A stretch of DNA of 64,000 nt, taken from IMG/VR virus record IMGVR_UViG_3300011113_000640, positions 124,001 through 188,000 of that record, one strand, 5' to 3'. The notes below the pieces were generated by a model, which saw nothing but the letters and a program-made list of their open reading frames with translations, was not told where the DNA came from and did no database searches. Made by a program: the position numbers and the translations under genes. Of this stretch, positions 48,662 to 58,600 are shown piece by piece; position 1 is the first letter of the stretch, and each line of letters opens with the position of its first letter.

Positions 48662-50005
48662 ATGCCAAGACTCTCGTTATATAGGCCTAATAGAACGGCC
48701 GATTATCAATATCTAGACAAAATAATCTCAGAACAATATACAGTGGGAGGCCTTGACCTTTTCGTACATAAGTATCTTGGGCCACAAGGTGCTGGACAAG
48801 ACAATGGCAACAATGATGCTACCCTGCCCAACTATCCTTCAACCGATCCGCTTTTTATCCAAGACCTATTATTGTTGGAAAATCGCGATCGAGTATATGC
48901 TCCTGATGTGTTTGTCATGCGTGGTGTGTATCGCACACAAGACATAGATTTTGATCTCACCCAGTTTGGCTTGTTTTTAAACGGTGACACTTTGTTCATC
49001 ACCTTCCACTACAACGACATGATTGACACGTTTGGCCGCAAACTCATGAGTGGTGATGTCATAGAAGTGCCCAACCTTAGAGATTACCATCCCTTGGACA
49101 CTACCTTGGTCAAAAGCCTGGCTAGATACTATGTGATCCAGGATGCCAACTTTGCTTCAGAAGGATTTAGTCAGACCTGGCAACCTCATTTATGGCGTAT
49201 CAAAGCCACGCCCATGGTCAATGCTCAAGAATTCAGTCAGATCATTGATCAGCCGTTCATGCCGGAAAACATCTGGGACCCAGGCAATTTTTATCCTGCC
49301 AACGAAATTGTCAACAACGGTGGCACATACTACCGGGCCACGCAAAATGTTCCACCGGGCACTGACATAACGAATACCGCTTACTGGCAAGTGGTCACTC
49401 CTGACACCGTGGGTGACAAGCAAAGCACCAGACCCAAGGATCTGGCTCTCAATGATGCTATCCTGGCACAAAGCTACGAAGAGGTACCACTCAGTGGCTA
49501 TGACAATGTGAAGTTTTATATATTGCCCACACAAGACGGAGAACCTGGACAGTATGGTATCACTACAACCACCGACGGTCCTGACTCAGCTGGTGGGCAA
49601 CCTGCCTTGGATCAAACACCCACTGGATTTGGCTATGCCAGTGGTTATCTTACTGGTAGCACCCATGCACTCAATGGCCTGCCAGTTACGCCTGGAGTTC
49701 AGTTTCCTCCAAATCCGGCCTCTGGTGCCTACTGTTTACGTTTGGATTATTTCCCCAACCGCTTGTTTCGTTACAATGGACGTGCCTGGATTGCCATTTC
49801 AGACAATGTGAGAACGGATCTTGATTATGCCACCCAGGCGCTGACACAACGAGCCAGCTTTGTGAACAACACATATACTGTGCCCACCACAGACCTTGGC
49901 AACATTCCAAGCCGTCAGAGTTTAAGTAAGATTTTAGAAATCCAGCCCGACAACGGCGACCAAGGTGGTAATCTTCCACCCAATCCTAGACCCCCAGGAC
50001 GATAA
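48662..50005 (+). CDS. Neck/head-closure protein (gp14-like)
   Basis: DLLLLENRDR, LTQFGLFL and GDVIEVP motifs; precedes the gp15-like gene. Confidence 0.65.
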   Translation: MPRLSLYRPNRTADYQYLDKIISEQYTVGGLDLFVHKYLGPQGAGQDNGNNDATLPNYPSTDPLFIQDLLLLENRDRVYAPDVFVMRGVYRTQDIDFDLTQFGLFLNGDTLFITFHYNDMIDTFGRKLMSGDVIEVPNLRDYHPLDTTLVKSLARYYVIQDANFASEGFSQTWQPHLWRIKATPMVNAQEFSQIIDQPFMPENIWDPGNFYPANEIVNNGGTYYRATQNVPPGTDITNTAYWQVVTPDTVGDKQSTRPKDLALNDAILAQSYEEVPLSGYDNVKFYILPTQDGEPGQYGITTTTDGPDSAGGQPALDQTPTGFGYASGYLTGSTHALNGLPVTPGVQFPPNPASGAYCLRLDYFPNRLFRYNGRAWIAISDNVRTDLDYATQALTQRASFVNNTYTVPTTDLGNIPSRQSLSKILEIQPDNGDQGGNLPPNPRPPGR

Positions 50006-51420
50006 TGGCACAATTTTTTTATGACCAACAAATACGCAGATTCCTGTTGCAGTTTGCCAGAATCTTCAGTAACTTTGATGTGGAATACGGTACCAACCAA
50101 TTTGGTCAAGGTCCAGATTCAGAACAAGACACCTTGGTGCGTGTGCCAGTTCGTTACGGTGATGCCAGCCGCCAGGCCCAGACCATCCTGCAGAACAACT
50201 CGGCCAACGACATGCCATCAACTCCCTTGATGACATTTTATATCACAGAATTCAAATATGATCGGCCTCGTATACAAGAACCTTATTTTGTAAACAACAT
50301 CTCAGTGCGTCAACGGACCTGGGATTCTGATACGCAGAGCTATGAAACCACACAGGGCAATGCATTTACCATAGAACGCCAGATGCCAGTGCCGTTTGAG
50401 ATGCGTGTAAACCTTGACATATGGACCAGCAACACCAATCAAAAATGGCAGTTGCTTGAACAGATCCTGACCTTGTTCAATCCCAGCCTGGAAATACAAA
50501 GCACTGACAATTACCTGGATTGGACCAGTCTGAGTGTGCTATACCTTGAAGACATACGATACAGCAGCCGGGTCATTCCGGTCAACGCAGACAATCCCAT
50601 AGACATAGCCACCTTGACTTTCCGCTTGCCCATGTGGATCACTCCTCCGGCCAAGGTCAAAAAATTGGGTGTTATTGAACGTGTTATTGCCAGCGTGTAT
50701 GATGCACAAGGCGACTTGGTCAATGCCTTGAACAACAGTGATCTTTTGTTGGGCACTAGACAGCGATTCACACCTTATGGTTATCAGGTCCTGTTGATAG
50801 ACAACAAACTACAGGCCCTGCGTCAACCACAGATCGTAGACGAACCCAATGCCAGCTTGACACCGCCAGATAGTCCCGACAGTAACCTGCTATGGGCCAG
50901 CGTGGTTGGCATGTATGGCACTCTAAGGCCGGGTATCAGTTATATCAGTCTTGAACAACCCGATGGCAGCCAGGTCACAGGCACCGTGGTTTTTGATCCT
51001 ACTGATGACAGATTCCTGTTGTTTGACATTGATGCTGGTACAGTTCCAGCCAATACTCTGGATCCTGTCAACGCTGTGATTGACCCTTTGATCAGCGGGC
51101 CTGGATCTGGTTTGCCAGCACCAGCAGTGGGTCAGAGATATTTGCTCACACAAGACACTGGTAGCTATTCTAATCCCAATCAGACCAATCCAGATGCCTG
51201 GTCTGGAACCAGTGGACAACCTTTGGTGGCACGCCGCAATGATATCATAATCTACGATGGCACACGTTGGCAAATTTATTTTGACAGTGGAAGCAGTCCT
51301 GATAATATACAGTATGTCACAAATATCACCACAGAGATACAATATCGTTGGACTGGCTCAGCCTGGGTCAAGAGCTATCAAGGACTTTACCCAGGAGGCA
51401 TGTGGAGTCTAACACTGTAA
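50005..51420 (+). CDS. Tail sheath stabilizer/terminator (gp15-like)
   Basis: FFYDQQIRRF, VPVRYG, MPVPF and QLLEQILTLFNP motifs. Confidence 0.8.
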   Translation: MAQFFYDQQIRRFLLQFARIFSNFDVEYGTNQFGQGPDSEQDTLVRVPVRYGDASRQAQTILQNNSANDMPSTPLMTFYITEFKYDRPRIQEPYFVNNISVRQRTWDSDTQSYETTQGNAFTIERQMPVPFEMRVNLDIWTSNTNQKWQLLEQILTLFNPSLEIQSTDNYLDWTSLSVLYLEDIRYSSRVIPVNADNPIDIATLTFRLPMWITPPAKVKKLGVIERVIASVYDAQGDLVNALNNSDLLLGTRQRFTPYGYQVLLIDNKLQALRQPQIVDEPNASLTPPDSPDSNLLWASVVGMYGTLRPGISYISLEQPDGSQVTGTVVFDPTDDRFLLFDIDAGTVPANTLDPVNAVIDPLISGPGSGLPAPAVGQRYLLTQDTGSYSNPNQTNPDAWSGTSGQPLVARRNDIIIYDGTRWQIYFDSGSSPDNIQYVTNITTEIQYRWTGSAWVKSYQGLYPGGMWSLTL

Positions 51421-51851
51421 CCGCGGTAGGAGTTTGGTTTTATACAGCCACAACTCACAGGTATCTTTATCTCATGCGCAACGATCCCAAACACCCCGGA
51501 AGTTGGGGCCTGCCTGGCGGACGTGTAGAGTTGGGTGAAACCTTGATCGAGGCCATCACAAGAGAATGTGAAGAAGAATTAGGATCAATGCCCAAATATC
51601 AACGCATTGTTCCATTGGAAAAATTTACCACCGCCGACTCTGGATTCGAATATCACACCTTTTTTTGTATAGTTGCCGAGGAATTCCGGCCCCAACTCAA
51701 TCACGAACACTTGGGATATGCATGGTTGGATTCTGGTGTATGGCCCCGACCCATGCATCCGGGTCTATGGAGCACTGTGAATTTTGAAGCAGTTCAAAAC
51801 AAAATTGTCACTATCGAATCAAGATTTACTGCGACACATCACAGTAACTGA
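51402..51851 (+). CDS. Nudix hydrolase
   Basis: Nudix box GGRVELGETLIEAITRECEEELG; probable GTG start. Confidence 0.9.
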   Translation: MESNTVTAVGVWFYTATTHRYLYLMRNDPKHPGSWGLPGGRVELGETLIEAITRECEEELGSMPKYQRIVPLEKFTTADSGFEYHTFFCIVAEEFRPQLNHEHLGYAWLDSGVWPRPMHPGLWSTVNFEAVQNKIVTIESRFTATHHSN

Positions 51852-52491
51852 TCCAATCTTGATAGTTTGTGGTGCGCACATTGGCACAGTCTAACCAGGC
51901 CGCAGGCATGTTGGTGGGCTCTCCGACCAAATAAAAATCCACAGGATAAGTTGTGAAGATTTGAGATATGTCTGTGATCCAGGTATCTCGCCCGGGACTC
52001 AAATCTTGAGTGTAACCTAACAAAAATATTTCCTTGTGTCCATCAAAAGCAGCCAGATAGATTATGGTGGCCATATCCAGGATCCTGGGCTTGTTGGGTA
52101 TGAGATAGAAATCTCCAGGGTTGGCTATGCAGTTTCGTGCTGTAGTGTAGACCACGTTGTCTTGATTGTAGGTTGACTGTTTGATTTGTGATAAAGGACC
52201 GGAATCGGTTTCCACCACAAAATCTAAACGCATTTCCAGAGCTATGGATCCCACGCCATAGGTCTGTAATTTTTTACTGCTGAGCAAGCCGCCGCGATGC
52301 CGAGCCAGCCTGGTGTAATCAAACCTCCATCGGTCTTCGGCACTGCCTATACATGCAGCACGACCACTGATGTGTTGATTTTCTATGGAATTTGGAATCC
52401 ATTCACGTGTTTCGTGTTTGCGACCACCAGACCAGCGTGTTTCTAGTATGACAAACTCGCCCGGATATTCCGATCTATATCGGGCAGTCAT
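51826..52491 (-). CDS. Divergent GT42/Maf(DUF115)-like protein
   Basis: YLAAFDGHKEIFLLGY and overall layout shared with 61414..61995. Confidence 0.45.
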   Translation of the reverse strand: MTARYRSEYPGEFVILETRWSGGRKHETREWIPNSIENQHISGRAACIGSAEDRWRFDYTRLARHRGGLLSSKKLQTYGVGSIALEMRLDFVVETDSGPLSQIKQSTYNQDNVVYTTARNCIANPGDFYLIPNKPRILDMATIIYLAAFDGHKEIFLLGYTQDLSPGRDTWITDISQIFTTYPVDFYLVGEPTNMPAAWLDCANVRTTNYQDWISYCDVSQ

Positions 52492-53597
52492 CAGGTCCTA
52501 CCTATAGCAATCTCTATGCGTCCTATGCCGGCACTGCTGTGATCTTCTAGAGACTTGCCAATGATGCAGGCTGGTTCGTACTTCTTGGGATCAAGGCGTG
52601 TGGCCACACCTGGAATGGCGCTGGCAACCAATCGGTCACCTTTGGCTATGGTGCCTGTGACCATGCAAGGCACTCGACCAGTCAAGGCCACGGCTAACAC
52701 ATTGTCTCCGGTCTGTGTGGCATTCATCAAATAGCTGGGGTTAGTAGATATCACTCCAGCCACACGTGTGCTGTGGTCTGTGCTGGCAATGGTGATTTCA
52801 GCCGGACCACCAAACTCTACCACTGTGCCTGGAGAGTAGTTATCGTCGGCCACATACATCTCTGCCAAGTCAGCGTATTGCGCACTGGTGGCTTTGGCAA
52901 ACACTGTGTTAAAATATCCCGTGGAACTTCCAATGTTGCCTACTGCGTTGGCCTGACCATTGCGAATATCAGTGTTGACCACAATCACACCACTGCCATT
53001 GGGTGCCAAGGTGATATTGCCATTGCTTGAAGTGCTGATAGTCATTGGTCCTGTGTCAACAATGTTACCAACTAAACTCAAGTCACCACCAGCAGTGACA
53101 GTTCCTGTGGCACTGATAACCCCAGTTACAAACTGTCCTGTGGTGGCCACAACAACCACGTTGCTGGTACCGCCGATACTAATGTTGGCATTGCCACTGG
53201 GTGTTTGAATATCAATGCTGGTTGTACCATTCTGTACACGATCACCTAAAATGTTACCGCTCAGTGTGGCATTGCCCGAGACGCTCAAATCGCCCGTAAT
53301 TGCTACCAATCCTGAGCTAATTGTCTGCACCGTGCTGCCAGCAATATTACTACGTATGTTTCCGCCCGAGGCAATCACTGCCACGCTTGATGTTCCAAAG
53401 CTGATGCTGTTGGAACTCAAGGCTGATATTTGACTGGTCACATAGGCCACAGTGGCAATGTTGCTGCCACCGGGTGTAATAGCATCATGCACCCGCAGGG
53501 TACCGTTGGTGGTGTCCACTGTGATTTCTGCCAAGGCTCCAGTAAAAGCCGCATTTTGTGCGTTGGTTCCGCGTCTGTATTGTACTTGTGAGGCCAT
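52491..53597 (-). CDS. Tail fibre protein (Mtd-N-like N-terminus, C-terminal ADLAE chaperone-like domain)
   Basis: QYRRGT...EITVDT...LRVHD; C-terminal SAQYADLAE...VALTGRVP...IIGKSL. Confidence 0.75.
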   Translation of the reverse strand: MASQVQYRRGTNAQNAAFTGALAEITVDTTNGTLRVHDAITPGGSNIATVAYVTSQISALSSNSISFGTSSVAVIASGGNIRSNIAGSTVQTISSGLVAITGDLSVSGNATLSGNILGDRVQNGTTSIDIQTPSGNANISIGGTSNVVVVATTGQFVTGVISATGTVTAGGDLSLVGNIVDTGPMTISTSSNGNITLAPNGSGVIVVNTDIRNGQANAVGNIGSSTGYFNTVFAKATSAQYADLAEMYVADDNYSPGTVVEFGGPAEITIASTDHSTRVAGVISTNPSYLMNATQTGDNVLAVALTGRVPCMVTGTIAKGDRLVASAIPGVATRLDPKKYEPACIIGKSLEDHSSAGIGRIEIAIGRT

Positions 53598-53617
53598 TTT
53601 AAGTTCCTATATGCTAT

Positions 53618-55615
53618 TTATGTTACTATGGCACGGTCTGTTACTCTGCGCCAATTTGTGCCATCAGCAAAGGCCGGCACTGGGCCGCCGGTTTCGTTGG
53701 TCACGTATATCATGGCCCCAGCTATCGCGGCACTGGGCAACGTATTGGCGGTATAACTGGGCAAAACAAGCTGATCTGGGTAGATCAAGCCCGATGTAAC
53801 CAGCGTGCCAAGATCTGCTTCACTGTCCACAGGGGCGGTTATCAGGCCAAGATCTTCCGATACCGTAACTGGTTCGGTCACTGCGCCAAAATCTGCTCCA
53901 TCTACAAAGAGTTCGCTACCGCCCTGGGTACCAATGGTTATGGTGTCTGTGGCGGGATCAATCACAATGCTGATACCAGTGCCAGCTGTCAAGGTCAGGG
54001 TATCAGCTATGCTGTCTGCCACAGCACTGTTGCCTCCGGTGACTGTGACGTTGCTGAACACATTGATACCAGATAGGCCAGCACCGTTGCCCAGGATATT
54101 ACCACCACTAATGTTGCCAGTTGCTGAAATCAGTCCACCAGTCAGAACATTACCGCCAGTGACATTACCAGTGGCGCTCAACAATCCTGTAACAAATTCA
54201 CCAGTGGTGGAAAATACAACAACGTTACTGACTCCACCAATTGAAATGTTGGCATTGCCGCCCGATGTGCCAATGTTGGCTTCGCTGGTGCCATTAAATA
54301 TTCTGCTGGCACTGAATCCAGTGGCAAAATAGATGTTGGCCAACAAATAATTGCCAGCAATGTTGCCCGTGGCACTGACGTTGCCTGCTGTGGTTAGATT
54401 GGCACCTGCGACGTCGCCAGTAACACTGGCACTTGAACCTGTGATTACACCGCCCACTGTTGATGCAGCAGTTTGAGTGCCAGTGACGCTGGTAGAACTA
54501 CCAGTTATTACTCCACCTATTGTAGAGGCAGATGTAGATGTGCCAGTTACACTGACACTGCTTCCAGTAATCACACCGCCCACTGTGCTGGCTGTTGCTA
54601 CAGTTCCTGTGACACTAATATTGGTGCCTGTGTAATTAGTAGATGAAATATTGCCGCTAGTAATGTTGCCAGTGACGCTGAGCAATCCAGTTATAAATTG
54701 ACCGGTAGTGGCAAACACTGCCACATTCGACGTGCCACCAACGGATACATTGACATTGCCGCCACTGGCTCCAATATTGGCTTCACTGGTGCCATTGAAT
54801 ATCCTTGATGAAAATATTCCCGATGCACAGGCCACGTTGCCTAAAAAGTAATTGGCCGTGACATTGCCGGTAGCCGACACAAGACCAGAAGTCAGGATAT
54901 TACCACCTGTGATATTACCACTGGTACTAAAAGCAGCTCCAGTATTGCCGGTCAATACGTTAGCTCCATTGACTGTGAGTACGGAACCAGTGGTGGCTAT
55001 CGACACATCCCCAATATACAATGTGCTGTTAGACAGCCATAAATCTTTCCATCTTAGGGCAGTATTTCCTAAACTATAAGTGACGTTGGCCGAAGGGAAC
55101 AGGTTACCAGTAAACGTCACTGCTGTGTTACCAACGCTGACAACGTTGGCTGTGCCAGCTGAACTTATTGTGACATTGGCATTTGAATTGACCACCACAT
55201 TTGACGTGCCGCCCGATATGGAGTTGGCCATGTAGTTTTGCGTAAACGTCAGGGCCGTGGTGTTGATCGTAATGGGATCATCAGTGATCAGTTTCCATTG
55301 CGTGTCGGCGTAGATGGCGCCTTCTGTGACCATGACAATCATGCCGGCTTCAATTTCACCGTTTTCGTTGCCGTCGCTGGTCCTGTCCCAGGTACCATTG
55401 GCACCCGATCCCAAGGTGGTCACAAGGTAAAGTCCGTTTTGGCTACCTGTGGTTTGTCCAGTGACCAAGATCCTGTCACCCTTGACTAGATTTACACTGT
55501 CAACCACACTGGGCGCACCACCACTCAAATTGATATTGGTAGCAGTAACTACTCGCGTGGACTGTTTGTAGTCTAAGTTGAATATCTGCGCGGCACGCGG
55601 TTTGGTTAAGCCCAT
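53618..55615 (-). CDS. Tail fibre protein
   Basis: GDRILV...NGLY domain, G/N/T/S repeats and C-terminal FADGTNWRR. Confidence 0.75.
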   Translation of the reverse strand: MGLTKPRAAQIFNLDYKQSTRVVTATNINLSGGAPSVVDSVNLVKGDRILVTGQTTGSQNGLYLVTTLGSGANGTWDRTSDGNENGEIEAGMIVMVTEGAIYADTQWKLITDDPITINTTALTFTQNYMANSISGGTSNVVVNSNANVTISSAGTANVVSVGNTAVTFTGNLFPSANVTYSLGNTALRWKDLWLSNSTLYIGDVSIATTGSVLTVNGANVLTGNTGAAFSTSGNITGGNILTSGLVSATGNVTANYFLGNVACASGIFSSRIFNGTSEANIGASGGNVNVSVGGTSNVAVFATTGQFITGLLSVTGNITSGNISSTNYTGTNISVTGTVATASTVGGVITGSSVSVTGTSTSASTIGGVITGSSTSVTGTQTAASTVGGVITGSSASVTGDVAGANLTTAGNVSATGNIAGNYLLANIYFATGFSASRIFNGTSEANIGTSGGNANISIGGVSNVVVFSTTGEFVTGLLSATGNVTGGNVLTGGLISATGNISGGNILGNGAGLSGINVFSNVTVTGGNSAVADSIADTLTLTAGTGISIVIDPATDTITIGTQGGSELFVDGADFGAVTEPVTVSEDLGLITAPVDSEADLGTLVTSGLIYPDQLVLPSYTANTLPSAAIAGAMIYVTNETGGPVPAFADGTNWRRVTDRAIVT

Positions 55616-55645
55616 GGTTGTTCCATTAATATCCAATATTTAGCC

Positions 55646-55678
55646 AAAAAAATAGGACTGTGACCAGTCCTATTTTTT
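55646..55678. terminator. Intrinsic terminator (potentially bidirectional)
   Basis: AAAAAATAGGACTG-TGAC-CAGTCCTATTTTTT. Confidence 0.85.
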
Positions 55679-55693
55679 CACAACTTTGAGCTA

Positions 55694-58600
55694 TTAAACG
55701 CGGCCGACCACAACTTCAATCACTGCATCGCCTTCGCTGTCGGCTAGAGCTTTGCCGATCACTGTGCCTACCTGTGGGTTGGCTTCGGCTCTTGCGGTTC
55801 CGTTGCCGGCACTGACCATCATGTCGCCTTTGCGTACTGTACCAGTTACGCTTGTGGGCACACGTCCGGTGAGTGCTACCATGGCTGTGTGTTCGCTCTG
55901 TAAACCGTCGTTCATCCTGTAGCTGGGATTGGTTGAAATCACACCTGCCACACGCGAACAACCATCATTTACACACAAGGTAACCTCTGCTGAACCGCCA
56001 AACATGACCACTGTACCCGGCGCATAGTCTGCGTCAGCGGCATATTTCTCAGCCAAGTCAGCGTATTGCGCACTAGTAGCTTTGGCAAATATGGTGTTGA
56101 AGTAGCCAGTTGAGTTACCAATATTGCCTACCGCATTGCCCATGTTGTTTATGATACCAGCCGAGGTAAATGTGACTATGCCGCTGCCGGCAACATTGAC
56201 AGCAATATTGCCTCCAGACGACAACACTTTTACATTGCTGGTGCCTGACTGTATACTGGTAGCATCAATACCTGTGAGCTGGCTACCATTACCAATAAAG
56301 AAGCTGCCGGTGATGTTGCCAGTAGCACTTACAATGCCGCCTGTCAATACATTACCGCCGGTGATGTTGCCAGCAACACTTGATGATGTGGTTGCACCAG
56401 CTAAAACAGTTTGTCCACCTGCTGGATTAGTCATCACGATCGCTGTGGCATTGGCACTGATTTGAGCATTGCCCAGATAGATTGTGCTGTTGGCCAAATA
56501 CAAATCTTTCCAGCGTCTTGTGGCTGTACCTAAATCGTATGTGACGTTGGCTGCTGGTAAGATATTGCCCGAAAATACGCTGTTAAACTGACTGATATTC
56601 AGTACATCGTTGGCTGCGTTTACGTCAAAGTGAATGTTACCGTTGGCCTCGGGGATCTCTATGCGTGACGTACCATTTTGAATTAGGTCAGTTGCAACGT
56701 TACCAAGGATGGTAGCATTGCCTGTCACTTCCAAATCACCTACGATATTTACTGTTGCACTGCTATCGCTAACAGACACCGAAGCGTTGCCTGAACTATT
56801 GGAAATAGTGGTAACAGTTGTAGTGGTTGTCAAGTTTCTGACATCAATCAAGTCGCCCGGAGCCGGAGCTTCAGTGAATAAGAGTGTGACTCCAGAAACA
56901 CTGTAGGCCGTGATTGGTATCTGTTGCACACCGTTGATGCTGACGATTGTGCCAGCTGTGGTGGCATTGGCTGTGAGTGTGAATGACACGGTACTGCCGT
57001 CACCGTTGAACTGCTGATCAGTAATAACTGTAAACGCTGGAACACCTACACTGGTCCATTGAGTGTTGTCATAGACCTCAAGACTGTCAGTGGTGGTGTT
57101 GAAACGGAACATGCCAGTGACCCCTGTTGCAGGACGTTGTGCTGTGTTGCCCACTGGCGTCTTGAACGACGTAGTTGTGTCAAAGTTCACTATGGCATTG
57201 GTGACCTGTGTGCTTGAACCAAAGCTGGCTGTGCCTGTGCCGGCATCCACATAGAACACGTTGGCCAAGGTGTCGCCATCCACTGCAAAGTCGGTGTCAA
57301 TGTCTGAACCATTGATGGTGATCCTGCCTGCAGCTGGTCCATCTATAGTACCGCTGGTAAGTGCAAGGTTAGCACCTGTGATGTTGCCGCTTACACTGGC
57401 GCTTGATCCAGTGATCACTCCGCCCACTGTTGATGCAGCTGTTACTGTGCCACTGACACTGGCACTTGTGCCTGTGATCACACCACCCACGGTGCTGGCA
57501 GCTGTTACTGTGCCGCTTGCGCTGACCGAGGTGCCAAACACATTGCCATTGAAATTGGCGGCATTCACGTTGGCTCCAACTGTGACTGTGTTTGATGTTT
57601 TGTTAAATGTGAATCCACTTGTTGCATTGGCTGTGCCATTATCGTTGAATATGACCTGTGTATCGGCACCGGGCGAGCTAAGGTTACCTGAAATGTTACC
57701 AAAGAAGTTGGCTGCAAACACGTTGCCTGTGGCCGACACATTGGCACTGGTCAAGATATTGCCAGTAGAGCTGACTGTGCCACCTGTGCCTAGATTGCCC
57801 ACTGTGGCAGTTCCGGTGGCACTTACTGTGCCACTAGTGGCAATGTTGCCACCTGTTACAGTACCAATTGCGCTGACCACACCGCCAGTGACCAAGTTGC
57901 CCACTGTAGCTGTACCAGCTGCACTTACAGTTCCGCCTGTGGCCAAGTTGCCACCAGTGACTGTGCCAGTTGCACTTGCAGTACCACCAGTGGCCAAATT
58001 ACCACCTGTGACAGTGCCCGAAACGTTGGCTGTTCCACCTGTTTCTAAATTGCCACCAGTTATAGTACCAGTTGCACTGATAGTGCCGCCAGTGAAAAGA
58101 TTACCCACTGTGGCTGCGCCCGTGGCAGAAATCGCTCCTGTTGTGCGTATATTGGCACCCGTGATGTTGCCACCTGCACTAACTGTGCCACCAGTGGCCA
58201 AGTTGCCCACTGTGGCTGTGCCAGTGGCACTAGTTACCCCAGTTACATATACGCCTGCGGTTGCAAATACGGCCACGTTGGGAGTGCCGCCAACACCAAT
58301 CAATACGTTGCCATCGGTCACGGGTATGTCTACATTACTGGTTCCATTGACCAATTTCTGTGCAGACGTGGCATTGGCCACACCAGCCAAGAAGAAGCCA
58401 TTACCAAAATAGTAGCCAGCTGTGGTTATGTTGCCTGTAGCGCTGACGATACCGCCAGTGAGTATGTTTCCACCAGTGACATTGCCTGTACCAGAAATAG
58501 TTCCACCAGTGGCCAAGTTACCTGCTGTGGCTGTGCCAGTTGCACTTACAGTTCCACCAGTGGCTACGTTACCACCAGTGATGGTTCCTGTGCCGGAAAT

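Noticed and set aside
52491-56140. Possible diversity-generating retroelement (Mtd-N-like domain plus duplicated segment)
   Set aside because: There is no reverse transcriptase in the window, both copies are coding, and the differences are mostly synonymous rather than adenine-specific.
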